Shown here in pieces: positions 1 to 9,286 of a stretch of DNA of 64,000 bases. A program made the position numbers and the translations under genes. The notes beneath the pieces were generated by a model. The model searched no databases. It was not told the DNA's origin and saw only the letters and a program-made list of their open reading frames with translations. Source of the DNA: Acidobacteriota bacterium (lineage in GTDB: Bacteria > Acidobacteriota > UBA6911 > RPQK01 > JAJDTT01); the NCBI GenBank assembly GCA_965263035.1, contig OZ253580.1, positions 5,792,001 through 5,856,000 of the forward strand, in the 5' to 3' direction. The stretch's first letter is position 1, and every line of letters begins with the position of its first letter.

Positions 1-269
1 ACATCCCCCACATGTTGCGGTATTTCGACCATCCGGAGATCGTCGCCGCCACCATCGCTCCCCGTCCCCTGATGATGCTGGCCCCGCTCCAGGATCCCGA
101 CATGCCCCGATCAGGAGTGGACCGGCTCATCGAGGTGGTTCAACCCGTCTACGAGGAACAGGGCTTTTCGGATCGATTTCTGGTCCACCGTCCCGACGAC
201 GGACACAACTTTCGGATCGAGTACTTCGAGTGGATGGTGGAGTGGTTCCAGACCCAGTTGGGAGGGTGA
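1..269 (+). CDS. C-terminal part of an alpha/beta hydrolase (dienelactone-hydrolase/acetylxylan-esterase-like), runs off the window start
   Basis: IAPRPLMML...D...GHNF...WF C-terminal pattern; frame is open to the window edge. Confidence 0.6.
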   Translation, partial: IPHMLRYFDHPEIVAATIAPRPLMMLAPLQDPDMPRSGVDRLIEVVQPVYEEQGFSDRFLVHRPDDGHNFRIEYFEWMVEWFQTQLGG

Positions 270-281
270 TCCCCAAGGGGT

Positions 282-1067
282 TCAATACCACCACCGTTCG
301 TAGGCCAGGAACCCCCCGTCGACCACGATGGCCGTCCCGTTGACGTAGGTGCACTCGTCCGACGCCAGGAAGACCGCCGCCGACGCCACCTCCTCGGGCT
401 TGCCGGGCCGCCTCAGAGGAACCGACTTCTCGATCCCGATTCGCCTCCGCTCCTCGCTGAAAATGGGCAGGGCGCCTTCCGTCGCCGTCATTCCCGGCGC
501 GATGGCATTGACGATGATCTTGTGGACACCCAGTTCCACGGCCATGGAACGGGTCAGACCCATGACTCCGTGCTTGGCCGCGACGTAGTTGGCGCCTCCC
601 AAGTCGGCGCCGAAGCTGGCGGTGGACGCGATGTTGATGATCCTTCCCTCGATGCCGCGCCGGACCATGTAGCGCGCCACGGTCTGGCTGCAGAAAAAGA
701 GACTGGTGAGATTGATGTCGATGACCCGTTTCCAGTTCTCCAGATCGAGTTCCAGGCAATGAGCGAACAGCTGCGGGTGGTGAACCGCGGTCACGCCGGC
801 ATTGTTGACCAGGACGTCGATGCGCCCAAACTTCTCGGCGCAGGTCTCGACCAGATTCAGCACCTGGTCCGGAACGGTCACATCGGTGGGAATGGAGACG
901 GCCTCACCCCCCTGGGCGGAGATTTCCTGACAGGTTCGGTCCCCGGCTTCGGGTTGGACCTCTCCGATCGCGACCCTGGCCCCCTCGGCAGCAAAGCGGA
1001 GTGCGATGCCACGGCCCAAACCGGTGCCGCCGCCGGTGACGATGGCCACCTTTCCTTCAAGTCGCAT
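282..1067 (-). CDS. SDR family NAD(P)-dependent oxidoreductase
   Basis: MRLEGKVAIVTGGGTGLG Rossmann motif, NNAG, YxxxK (YVAAK), VDGG tail; start moved to ATG at 1067. Confidence 0.93.
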   Translation of the reverse strand: MRLEGKVAIVTGGGTGLGRGIALRFAAEGARVAIGEVQPEAGDRTCQEISAQGGEAVSIPTDVTVPDQVLNLVETCAEKFGRIDVLVNNAGVTAVHHPQLFAHCLELDLENWKRVIDINLTSLFFCSQTVARYMVRRGIEGRIINIASTASFGADLGGANYVAAKHGVMGLTRSMAVELGVHKIIVNAIAPGMTATEGALPIFSEERRRIGIEKSVPLRRPGKPEEVASAAVFLASDECTYVNGTAIVVDGGFLAYERWWY

Positions 1068-1309
1068 GGGAAGTGATTCCTCCAATCTCGAATCTGGGGG
1101 ATTGACGAGCCGGCTTTGGCCTCCTTTTTCCGGCCGGACGCTCTCCGAGACTGCTGAAACGCCTTGGAGACTAGCACCCACTGGCACCGGAGACCAGCGA
1201 ATCGGCCATCGTGAGGTTGACAGCGTCCCCGTCCTTGCCAGTCGAGACGTACCGGAATACTCTTGACCGCTCCTGCGGCGAGAATGCCCGCGAAAGAAGG
1301 AGGTTTCGG

Positions 1310-3064
1310 ATGCCACCGGAGGGAAGAGAAGTGTCCTTGTTTGAAGCCCCTATCGGAAGATCCGCATGGCGGCGTCTGCTGCTGGCAGGGTCTCTGATCT
1401 TCTCGAGCTTGTGCGTTACCCGGCCGGCGTTGGGATCGGAGCACCCCGGATCCGGGATCGTCGACCTGTCTCTGATGGTGGCTCCAAACCTGCCGGCCAC
1501 TTGGCCTGATCCCAAGATCCCCAATTTCCAGATCAGTCACTACCTGAAGATCGGCCCCGAGGGAGCTTACAACAGCGATATTCTTACCATTGACGGCAAC
1601 ACCGGCACGCAACTGGACGTGCCGCCCCATTCGGTGGCGCGTCCCGAACTGGGCTTCCCCAACTCGGGACCGTACGGGCACATGTTCATCGACCGGGTCC
1701 CCACTTGGCAACTCGGCGGCGAGGCCTGCGTCGTGGATCTGAGATCCCTTCGCGACGCCGCTCCAAAGGGGCGCAGCGCCCTCATCGAAAGGAAGCATAT
1801 CGAGGCCTGGGAGAGGGAACACCGGCCTCTACGGCCGGGCGATGTCGTCCTCTTCTACTCGGGCTACAGCGACCACTACTACAAGCCGTTTCCAAAAGGC
1901 CGCCGCTTCATCGCCGCGGCCATCGGCGGCGACACTCCGGGTTGGCCCGATCCCAGCCCCGATTGCATGGAATACCTGGCCAGCCGCGGCGTCAGAGCCC
2001 TGGGCACCGACAGTCCCAGCATGGGCCCGTTGCCCGATCTGGCCGAGCCCACGCACTACGCCGGCCTCAAGCACGGAATGATCTGGACCGAAGGCGTCAT
2101 CGGGCTCGGGAACCTGCCCTCGACCGGCGCATTCTACTGCATGTTGGGACCCAAACATGCCGGCGCGCCCTTCGGAGAAGGAAGAGCCTTCGCCATCGTG
2201 GAGAATCCTCTGGCGGCCCGGCTCATCGATTCGATGCGAAAGATGCGGGTGGTGGACCTTTCGGTGACACTGGCGCCCGAGCTGCCCGTGACCTGGCCTG
2301 GAGCCGCCACCGGAGAGCACCGCCATCCCTATCACCGGCTGGATTTCTCGTACATACCGCACCTCGATCTCCACAACCACACCCACATGCTGGACAGCCA
2401 CGCCGGGACCCATCTGGTGCCGCCCTCGTATGCGCTGCCTCCCCCGGGATTCGACGACTCCAGCTATCCGCCCCAGGTTCAAGGATGGCTCGCCGAGTAC
2501 GAGCGGGAGTACGGAACTCGAGGCACCAGCCAAGTCACCACCGAACAGGTCCCCCTGTCCCAGACCATGGGCCCGGCCCGAGTCATCGACGTCCGGCATC
2601 TCGTGGGCTCGGTGCATTCGGATCGTTGGCCCGATTCCCCGGAAATCACCGTCGCGGACATACGCAGATATGAAGGGGAGCGGGGCGCCCTGAATCCAGG
2701 CGATATCGTCCTCTTTCACAGCGGCCACGTCCCTCGAACGTTCAAGCCCCACGCCCAAGGGGAGGCCTGCATGAGTGCTCCTCTGCAGGGAAAGAGTGAA
2801 GGCTGGCCGGCGCCAGGTCCCGAGGCTATCGCCTATTTGGCAGAGAAGGGAATCCGTTGCGTCGGCACCGACGGCCCCTCGCTGGGGGGTGTGACCCCCC
2901 CAAAGGCGCTGGCGACCTACTGGGCCTTGGGAACTCGGGGAATGGTCGGTGTCGAGTTTCTGACCCACGTGGGGGAGGTCCCGGAGGGAGCTTTTTTTCT
3001 CTTTGCCCCGGTAAGAATTCGAGGTTGTCACGGGGGACCGGGACGAGCCATCGCCCTTTATTGA
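1310..3064 (+). CDS. Exported cyclase-family (kynurenine formamidase-like) protein with two tandem cyclase domains
   Basis: Two IVDLS/VVDLS...GTxL...GDxVLFxSG...GTDxPS repeats; hydrophobic signal peptide; AGGAGG RBS before ATG 1310. Confidence 0.85.
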   Translation: MPPEGREVSLFEAPIGRSAWRRLLLAGSLIFSSLCVTRPALGSEHPGSGIVDLSLMVAPNLPATWPDPKIPNFQISHYLKIGPEGAYNSDILTIDGNTGTQLDVPPHSVARPELGFPNSGPYGHMFIDRVPTWQLGGEACVVDLRSLRDAAPKGRSALIERKHIEAWEREHRPLRPGDVVLFYSGYSDHYYKPFPKGRRFIAAAIGGDTPGWPDPSPDCMEYLASRGVRALGTDSPSMGPLPDLAEPTHYAGLKHGMIWTEGVIGLGNLPSTGAFYCMLGPKHAGAPFGEGRAFAIVENPLAARLIDSMRKMRVVDLSVTLAPELPVTWPGAATGEHRHPYHRLDFSYIPHLDLHNHTHMLDSHAGTHLVPPSYALPPPGFDDSSYPPQVQGWLAEYEREYGTRGTSQVTTEQVPLSQTMGPARVIDVRHLVGSVHSDRWPDSPEITVADIRRYEGERGALNPGDIVLFHSGHVPRTFKPHAQGEACMSAPLQGKSEGWPAPGPEAIAYLAEKGIRCVGTDGPSLGGVTPPKALATYWALGTRGMVGVEFLTHVGEVPEGAFFLFAPVRIRGCHGGPGRAIALY

Positions 3065-3094
3065 GTTGGACGGGTAGATTCCCACGAGTTGTTC

Positions 3095-3997
3095 ATGCGT
3101 TGCGGTCGTTTCATCTCCATCCTGGGCTTGGGACTGACTCTGGGGTGCGGAGAGGCCCCCCCTCCGGAGACTTCGGAGCCGTACGAATTCACCTACGACT
3201 GGTTTACCAGCGCCGTTCCAGTCTGGACTCGGGTCTTGGCTCCCTATGCGGGCCAGCCGGAGATCCACTACCTGGAGGTGGGAGTCTTCGAGGGCCGATC
3301 CGCCATCTGGATGTTGAACAATGTTCTGACCCATCCGACATCAACTCTCACTGGAATAGATCTTTTTCCAGGGGACTTGAAAGATCGCTACTGGGCCAAC
3401 CTGCAACTCTCGGGCGCCGCCGAAAAGGCCATCACCATCACTGGACGCTCACAGGTCGAGCTCCGAAAACTGGAGCCTGATTCCTACGACATCATCTATA
3501 TCGACGGCGGACACACGGCCGACATGGTCCTTGCGGATGCCGTGTTGTCGTGGGATCTGCTCCAGGTGGGGGGCCTCCTGATCTTCGACGACTACCGGTG
3601 GAAGAGGGAGGAATATCCGGCCGAAGTCCGGCCGGGCGTGAGTATCGAGGCGTTCATCACAGCCTACCGGAACTTTCTGGTGTTGGTGCACCTGGACTAC
3701 CAGGCCATCGTCCGCAAGAAGGAAGGTCCCGCCTTGGCCGATCCGTACCTGACCATCCTGGGTGATTACGCCTACGCGTGGGAGGCGCGGGAACTCCGCC
3801 GCCGGGACGACGGGAACCGGGTGGACCTCTCCGAAGGCGAGAGGGACCTCCTGGAGGATTTGATCCGGTCCCGTCCCTTCGGAGAGACGGCCTTCGTGGC
3901 CGGTCCTACGCAGGCTCTGGACAACGAACTCAGAGCCCTGGTCCATCGCCTGGACCTGGAGCTGGACCTGAGGTGGATGGCGGACGAAAACCCTTGA
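3095..3997 (+). CDS. Class I SAM-dependent methyltransferase (Methyltransf_24-like) with lipoprotein-type signal
   Basis: LEVGVFEGRS motif I, YDIIYIDGGH, GGLLIFDDY; N-terminal LTLGC lipobox-like sequence. Confidence 0.82.
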   Translation: MRCGRFISILGLGLTLGCGEAPPPETSEPYEFTYDWFTSAVPVWTRVLAPYAGQPEIHYLEVGVFEGRSAIWMLNNVLTHPTSTLTGIDLFPGDLKDRYWANLQLSGAAEKAITITGRSQVELRKLEPDSYDIIYIDGGHTADMVLADAVLSWDLLQVGGLLIFDDYRWKREEYPAEVRPGVSIEAFITAYRNFLVLVHLDYQAIVRKKEGPALADPYLTILGDYAYAWEARELRRRDDGNRVDLSEGERDLLEDLIRSRPFGETAFVAGPTQALDNELRALVHRLDLELDLRWMADENP

Positions 3998-4054
3998 GAC
4001 AGGCAGTCCGTGGTTCACTTGCGAGCATGCGCCGAAGGCAACATTCCTGCGTGA

Positions 4055-5233
4055 TTATCGCGTCCTCCGGTGAAAAATTCGGACCAGATTTCGGCCCAAC
4101 CCCAGCACGAACAGGGCGCCGGCCAAAAGGCTGATTCCCAAGCATGCGTGGAGCATCGCCGGGACCCCGGCACTCTCTGCCAACGGACCCAGTAGCAATC
4201 CCGCTACCGAGTTGCCCAAATCCAGTGCACTGAAGTAGACGGCGATGATCCGGGGACGATTCTCGTGGCTGGTGTGGTCCGAGACGAACGTGGACATGGC
4301 CGTCATGTAGGCGCCGAACCCGGCGCCGTAGACGAGTCCCGCAGCCACCAGTCTGGGCATGGACTCGACTCCTCCCATCATGAAGACGCCGGCGATCAGA
4401 AGAATCTGTGCCATAAACCCGGCCGGGAGCCGTCCCCAGCGATCGGAAACTTGCCCCGAGACCAAACGACCCGAAAGAGCGGCCAAGGCAAAGCAGGTGA
4501 AGAAAACACCGCTGTTCCCGGTCAGGGTCTGACTGACGTACAGGGGAAGAAAGTAGAACGCTCCACCGTGCACCAGCGCGTTCAGAAAGAGCAGGGTCGT
4601 CGCGACCAGCACGGGTCGGCCGACGCCGTGAACCCGTTCCCGGCCCGTCGGAGGATGGAGACTCTCGGGATGGACCTCTTCCACCACCCGCGAGAGTAGA
4701 ACGAGGCCGATCAGCGTCACGCCGGCGACGGTGGCGAAGAGGACGTCGGCTCCCGCCCGCTCCAAGACGATCACCGCCAACAACGGACCCGCCGACAGCA
4801 CCGATGTGTGGCTCATTCCCAGGTAGGACAGGGATCGGCCTCGACGCCGCTTGGGAGTCTGATCGATGGCCATGGTCGTGGTTGCCGTGATCAGCAGGGA
4901 GGATCCGATCCCTTGAAGAAACCGAAAAAGGAGGTACCACGAGACCTGCGGAACCCACCAGTAGAAGAGGACGGAACCGCAGATGAGCAACGCTCCCAGG
5001 GTGGCCACCCGTTTGCGGGACCGGGAGCCGAGAAGCCATGTCGCCAATGGTCGCCCTGCCAACACGCCGGCGGCGTAGCTTCCCATCACGAACCCGATCC
5101 GGCTCACCTCCACGTTCCGGCCGGCCAAGACCAAGGGGAGCCCGATCAGGAGTAGCGCATGACAACTGGAGAAACAGAACCGCGCGGCCAACAGGCGGCC
5201 GAATGAAGTCAAAACCCCTTTATTGGAGGACAT
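4055..5233 (-). CDS. MFS transporter
   Basis: About 12 hydrophobic segments, SDRWGR motif A, RFLQGIG motif. Confidence 0.88.
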   Translation of the reverse strand: MSSNKGVLTSFGRLLAARFCFSSCHALLLIGLPLVLAGRNVEVSRIGFVMGSYAAGVLAGRPLATWLLGSRSRKRVATLGALLICGSVLFYWWVPQVSWYLLFRFLQGIGSSLLITATTTMAIDQTPKRRRGRSLSYLGMSHTSVLSAGPLLAVIVLERAGADVLFATVAGVTLIGLVLLSRVVEEVHPESLHPPTGRERVHGVGRPVLVATTLLFLNALVHGGAFYFLPLYVSQTLTGNSGVFFTCFALAALSGRLVSGQVSDRWGRLPAGFMAQILLIAGVFMMGGVESMPRLVAAGLVYGAGFGAYMTAMSTFVSDHTSHENRPRIIAVYFSALDLGNSVAGLLLGPLAESAGVPAMLHACLGISLLAGALFVLGLGRNLVRIFHRRTR

Positions 5234-5275
5234 ATCGGTGCCGCTGTCTGAAGCTCCACCCAAGCATCGTCACGG

Positions 5276-6493
5276 TCAACGGGCAAGCCGAATCCCGAAA
5301 CAGGTGAGGAGCGGGGAGAGAACGGTGTGGATCTCGAACGCCTTCCCGGCGGCGCGGTTCTGGGAAGCGATCCTTTCGTATCGAGTCTCATCCCGGAACA
5401 GATCCCGGATAGCCTCACACCAGGATTCGTGTCCGGCCAGGGACTCGCACCAGAGCCGGTTTTCCTCCCCGACCGCCTCCCGTATTCCACCCGACCGGGG
5501 TCCCCCGTAATACAGCACCGGCGTTCCTCTGGAGGCGAAGGTGACGGAAGAGCTGCTGATGGCTTCGGTAAAGGTTTCCTCCCGCTCGAGACCGGAGCCC
5601 ATCAGCATGAGATCCGTCCGGGCCGCCAGGCCCAGGACTTCCGGAAAGGAGAGGGGACCGACCCAGGCGCGGCCTTCCGAGATCCAACCGGCCAGGACCT
5701 GCCGGATTCGGTTGCGTTCGGCACCGGAACCCGCCATGACCGCCCGTACGGACGGTTCCCGTCTCAACAGCGCGTCCAGGACCTCGGCAACCCTGAGAGC
5801 TCCTTTCTCCGCCGCCATCCGCCCGGCAAAGGCCACTAGTCGTCCCCCGACCGGGGGACTGCCAGGGAACAGGCGTTGCTCCAGACTCCGGGCTTCGGCC
5901 TCAAGCGCCTCCGAGGAGAAGGGATGGAACGTCACCGGCGCCACCACACCGGTCACAGGCAGACCGATTTTTCTCGCCAGATCCTCAAGCCAGCCGGAGA
6001 CGGTGAAGATGGCCTCGCATTGCTCCAAGGCCCGACGGTATCGGCGGCCCGAATAGGTCTCTCCCCACGGTCTGGCCAGTTCCAGCGTATCGGTCCCCCG
6101 CAGCAGGCTCACCACCGGGGTCGACGGATCGAGACAGACGTTGAGGACGTCGGCCAGGTAGCTCAAGGGAGAGATGGCCAGAACTCCACGCACGCCGTCG
6201 GGGTACTCCCGCAGGATGCCGTCGACCGAGTCGGCCACGACGCAGGAGCTCATGCTGTGGGGCACTTTGGCCATGGGCTCGTACTGAATCTCGATGCGCC
6301 GGTAACGGGCGGCGGCGACCGGGGGTGTGATCCGCACGCTGTGGCGGGAGCCCTCGCGGGAAGTATGGGTGACGTGGACTACGGGGACACCGGCGCGGCC
6401 CGCCAGAAATTCCGAGAGTTGCCAGGAGAAGATACTGTGTCCCGACAGATAGGAATCGGGATTGCGGGAGATGACGACCAGCGGTTTGCTCAT
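5276..6493 (-). CDS. Divergent GT4-like glycosyltransferase
   Basis: FAGRMAAEKG, VMAGSGAE, GTPV motifs; start overlaps the stop of the upstream GT4. Confidence 0.72.
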   Translation of the reverse strand: MSKPLVVISRNPDSYLSGHSIFSWQLSEFLAGRAGVPVVHVTHTSREGSRHSVRITPPVAAARYRRIEIQYEPMAKVPHSMSSCVVADSVDGILREYPDGVRGVLAISPLSYLADVLNVCLDPSTPVVSLLRGTDTLELARPWGETYSGRRYRRALEQCEAIFTVSGWLEDLARKIGLPVTGVVAPVTFHPFSSEALEAEARSLEQRLFPGSPPVGGRLVAFAGRMAAEKGALRVAEVLDALLRREPSVRAVMAGSGAERNRIRQVLAGWISEGRAWVGPLSFPEVLGLAARTDLMLMGSGLEREETFTEAISSSSVTFASRGTPVLYYGGPRSGGIREAVGEENRLWCESLAGHESWCEAIRDLFRDETRYERIASQNRAAGKAFEIHTVLSPLLTCFGIRLAR

Positions 6494-7716
6494 GCCCGTG
6501 TCTCTTCGATCAGAGCTTGATACAGGGTCAAATGGTCGCTTGCGTACCGGTCCAGCGTCAAGCCGGCCGCCGTCTCCCGGGCGGCGGCGGCCAAACTCCG
6601 GCGCCGGTCTTCCGAGAGCAGGATCGACTCGAGACCGCGGACCAGATCGTCGATCCGATCCGGAGAAAAGACGATTCCGTTGACCCGATGCCGCACGTAT
6701 TCCACGAGGCCGCCGTCGGCGGAAACGGCGGGACAGCAGCCCAGGAGCATCCCTTCCAGATGGCTGCGTCCCGCACCCTCGTTCAGCGCCGGGTAGACCA
6801 CGATCTGTGCGGCGGCGTAGAGCGCGCGCAACTCGGCCGGGGACAGCGTGTCCAAGAAGGTGACGTGGCCGTCCAGATCCAGGTCTGAAACCAACTGTTC
6901 CAGGTGGGACTTGTAGGGAAGCCCCTCGGGAAGGGTCGGACCCGGCAGAGCGAGCCTCACTCCCAGGCCTGAGTCCCGGACCGCCCGGCTCCGAACCACG
7001 CCGTGCAAGCCTCGGATCAGAAACTCGTGGTTCTTCCGGGGAATGAACCGCGCGGGGTACACCAGAAGCCGATCCATCGCTCCCGGCGCCAGCCGTCGCC
7101 GCCAAGACTCCCGTTCGTGGTCCCCGACGGAGTCCGGATTCCAGAAGTCGCGGTCCACGAAGAATCCTCGATAGTCGACGGGGGATCCGCCGAAGGCCGC
7201 AGCCGAAAAACGAGTCACGGCACAGATACGATCTGACAAGCGGTAGGCATCGCGAAGGATTTCAGCCATCTCCGGAGTCGCAGGTTGTCCCTCATGGTGG
7301 GTGATCACGGTGGGGATGCCTGCCTCCTGGGCAGCCTCCAGAGCCACGATCTGGATCCGATGCCGAACCAGGTGGACGTGTAGCAGACCGGGCCGTTCCT
7401 GTTGAAGCAGCTGCGCCAAGTGACGCCGGAGAGCATTGCAGGCCTCGGTCGAGTCCATGTCCGTACGCCCGGGGGTGCGCATGGGAACGAGACAGGGAAA
7501 GATGGGAATCCCGGTTCGCGCCTCGAACCAACGGCCGTCGGTGCGAGCCGCCCTCCCGCCGGCTTCGAGCGCCTCCACCTGCGACTCCCCCACCAGGAAG
7601 GTCTGGAGCACCTCGACTCGACCGGTCCGGACCAGTGCCCGGTTCAGCGCACGCAGATGGCCCATCAGTCCGCCGGTGTTTACCAGATAGTCGTGAGAGA
7701 ACCGAAGGACCTTCAC
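6490..7716 (-). CDS. Glycosyltransferase family 4
   Basis: TGG N-terminal loop, PARFIPRKNH, EGAGRSHLE (E-x7-E), NGIVF. Confidence 0.88.
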   Translation of the reverse strand: MKVLRFSHDYLVNTGGLMGHLRALNRALVRTGRVEVLQTFLVGESQVEALEAGGRAARTDGRWFEARTGIPIFPCLVPMRTPGRTDMDSTEACNALRRHLAQLLQQERPGLLHVHLVRHRIQIVALEAAQEAGIPTVITHHEGQPATPEMAEILRDAYRLSDRICAVTRFSAAAFGGSPVDYRGFFVDRDFWNPDSVGDHERESWRRRLAPGAMDRLLVYPARFIPRKNHEFLIRGLHGVVRSRAVRDSGLGVRLALPGPTLPEGLPYKSHLEQLVSDLDLDGHVTFLDTLSPAELRALYAAAQIVVYPALNEGAGRSHLEGMLLGCCPAVSADGGLVEYVRHRVNGIVFSPDRIDDLVRGLESILLSEDRRRSLAAAARETAAGLTLDRYASDHLTLYQALIEETRA

Positions 7717-7728
7717 CGGAAAGCGGCG

Positions 7729-9126
7729 TCAAGCCCTCGTCCAGGGTCCGGTGATAGCCACCGTCAGGCCCTTTTGCTGGATGTTGACGAGGAGCGTGGA
7801 ACCGTCGGGAGTGAAGACGGCCCCGGCGAATTCGGTCCGGAGCCGGTTGTTGGCCAGGACGTAGCACCGGCCCTGGGGAGTGACTCCGATGAGCCGAACG
7901 ACCTCGGTGGACCGATCCTCGCAAAGGACCAGGTCGCCCCAAGGGCTCAGCGTCAGGTTGTCGGCGCTCTTGAGCAGATCCGCATCGTCCGGTTCGATGA
8001 AGAGCTCTACGGTTCCGGGCGCTTTACGCTCCTCCGGCGTTCCCTCCGCCAGGCTCGGCCGGTACTTCCAGATCTGGCCGTTTCTGCGGTGTCCCCCGTT
8101 GGTGCAGGCGAAGTAGACCATGTCGTTGCCATACCACATGCCTTCTCCCCGGGCGAAGCGGGCGGCGCCTGCGTCATACCCGCGGTATCGCAGGTTGTCC
8201 TCCCTGGGGTCCGGCTCCTCCAGGTCGACCCATTCCACGGCCACCGGTTCTCCGACGGGGATGGTCCTCCAGAGGTTCCAGTTGCGGGTGTCCACCCCGC
8301 TCCGGTCCCGGATCTTGAGGGCCTGAAGCCGGCCTCCTGCCTGCAACTTCCCGGGGGACTCGGGCAGGAACCGGTAGAGGAGGCCGTCGTTCCGGTCTTC
8401 CGTCTGGTAGACGATGCCGGTTTCCTCAGCCACGGCGACGGCTTCGTGATTGAAACGGCCCATGGCCCGCAGGGGGATGGGGTCCACGGCCTCCATCCGG
8501 GTCGTGGCGGGAACCTCAAAGTTGTAGCCATGGTCGTGGTCGGCCCAGATCCCGGCCTCTTGGTCGTGTCCGGCCGTCCGCACGGTCTCCTCACAACTGA
8601 TCCAGCTGTCCCAGGGCGTCGCGCCGCCGGCACAGTTGCGTATGGTTCCGGCCAGACTCATGAACTGGGAGACGATCTCCTGGCGGGCCGGGTCGAAGAG
8701 GAACGTGGTGGTGCCGCCGCAGGATGGGGTCTTGCCTCCACCGAAGTCATAGATCTTTCCGCGATCCAGAAGCTCCAGCCGCCCGTTGTCCCTGCCGAAC
8801 GGGCCGTTATCCGATTGAACCGTCAACTCATGATTGCGGATCACGACGGCGAGACCATCCGGTCCCGCAAAGGCGGCCATGCCGTCCGGCGCCCCCGGAA
8901 GGAACAGGCCGTCCGACATGGTCTGCCCGGCCCAGGACACGATCCGGTACTGAAACCCCTCGGGGAGATCCAAGATGCCCCTGGGGTCGCGTTGCAACGG
9001 ACCGTACCCGGGATCCACCAGGTCGGCATCGGTGTAGAGGGGACGGTCGCTCATCAGATGACGCAGACCCAGGAATCCCGCGGGGACCAAACCTCCCGCG
9101 ACCAGGAAACGGCGGCGATTCAGCAT
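7729..9126 (-). CDS. phoX: PhoX-family (DUF839) alkaline phosphatase, Tat-exported
   Basis: MLNRRRFL Tat signal; PDGM, RNHE, NCAGGATPW..W.SCEE, MGRFNHEA, RGEG, DN, EFAG motifs. Confidence 0.88.
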   Translation of the reverse strand: MLNRRRFLVAGGLVPAGFLGLRHLMSDRPLYTDADLVDPGYGPLQRDPRGILDLPEGFQYRIVSWAGQTMSDGLFLPGAPDGMAAFAGPDGLAVVIRNHELTVQSDNGPFGRDNGRLELLDRGKIYDFGGGKTPSCGGTTTFLFDPARQEIVSQFMSLAGTIRNCAGGATPWDSWISCEETVRTAGHDQEAGIWADHDHGYNFEVPATTRMEAVDPIPLRAMGRFNHEAVAVAEETGIVYQTEDRNDGLLYRFLPESPGKLQAGGRLQALKIRDRSGVDTRNWNLWRTIPVGEPVAVEWVDLEEPDPREDNLRYRGYDAGAARFARGEGMWYGNDMVYFACTNGGHRRNGQIWKYRPSLAEGTPEERKAPGTVELFIEPDDADLLKSADNLTLSPWGDLVLCEDRSTEVVRLIGVTPQGRCYVLANNRLRTEFAGAVFTPDGSTLLVNIQQKGLTVAITGPWTRA

Positions 9127-9286
9127 CGTTTTATCTCCTGCTCCAGCCGGCGCGGCCGCGCCGGGTTCCAACCAAGTCTGCCAGCGGCTGGCCGGTTCTA
9201 CAAGCGCCCGGATCCGGCCGCGTCCAGAGGATTGGTCTATAATCGCTTATGTCAACTATGTTTACGGTCATCTTCCCGGAGGTCGA

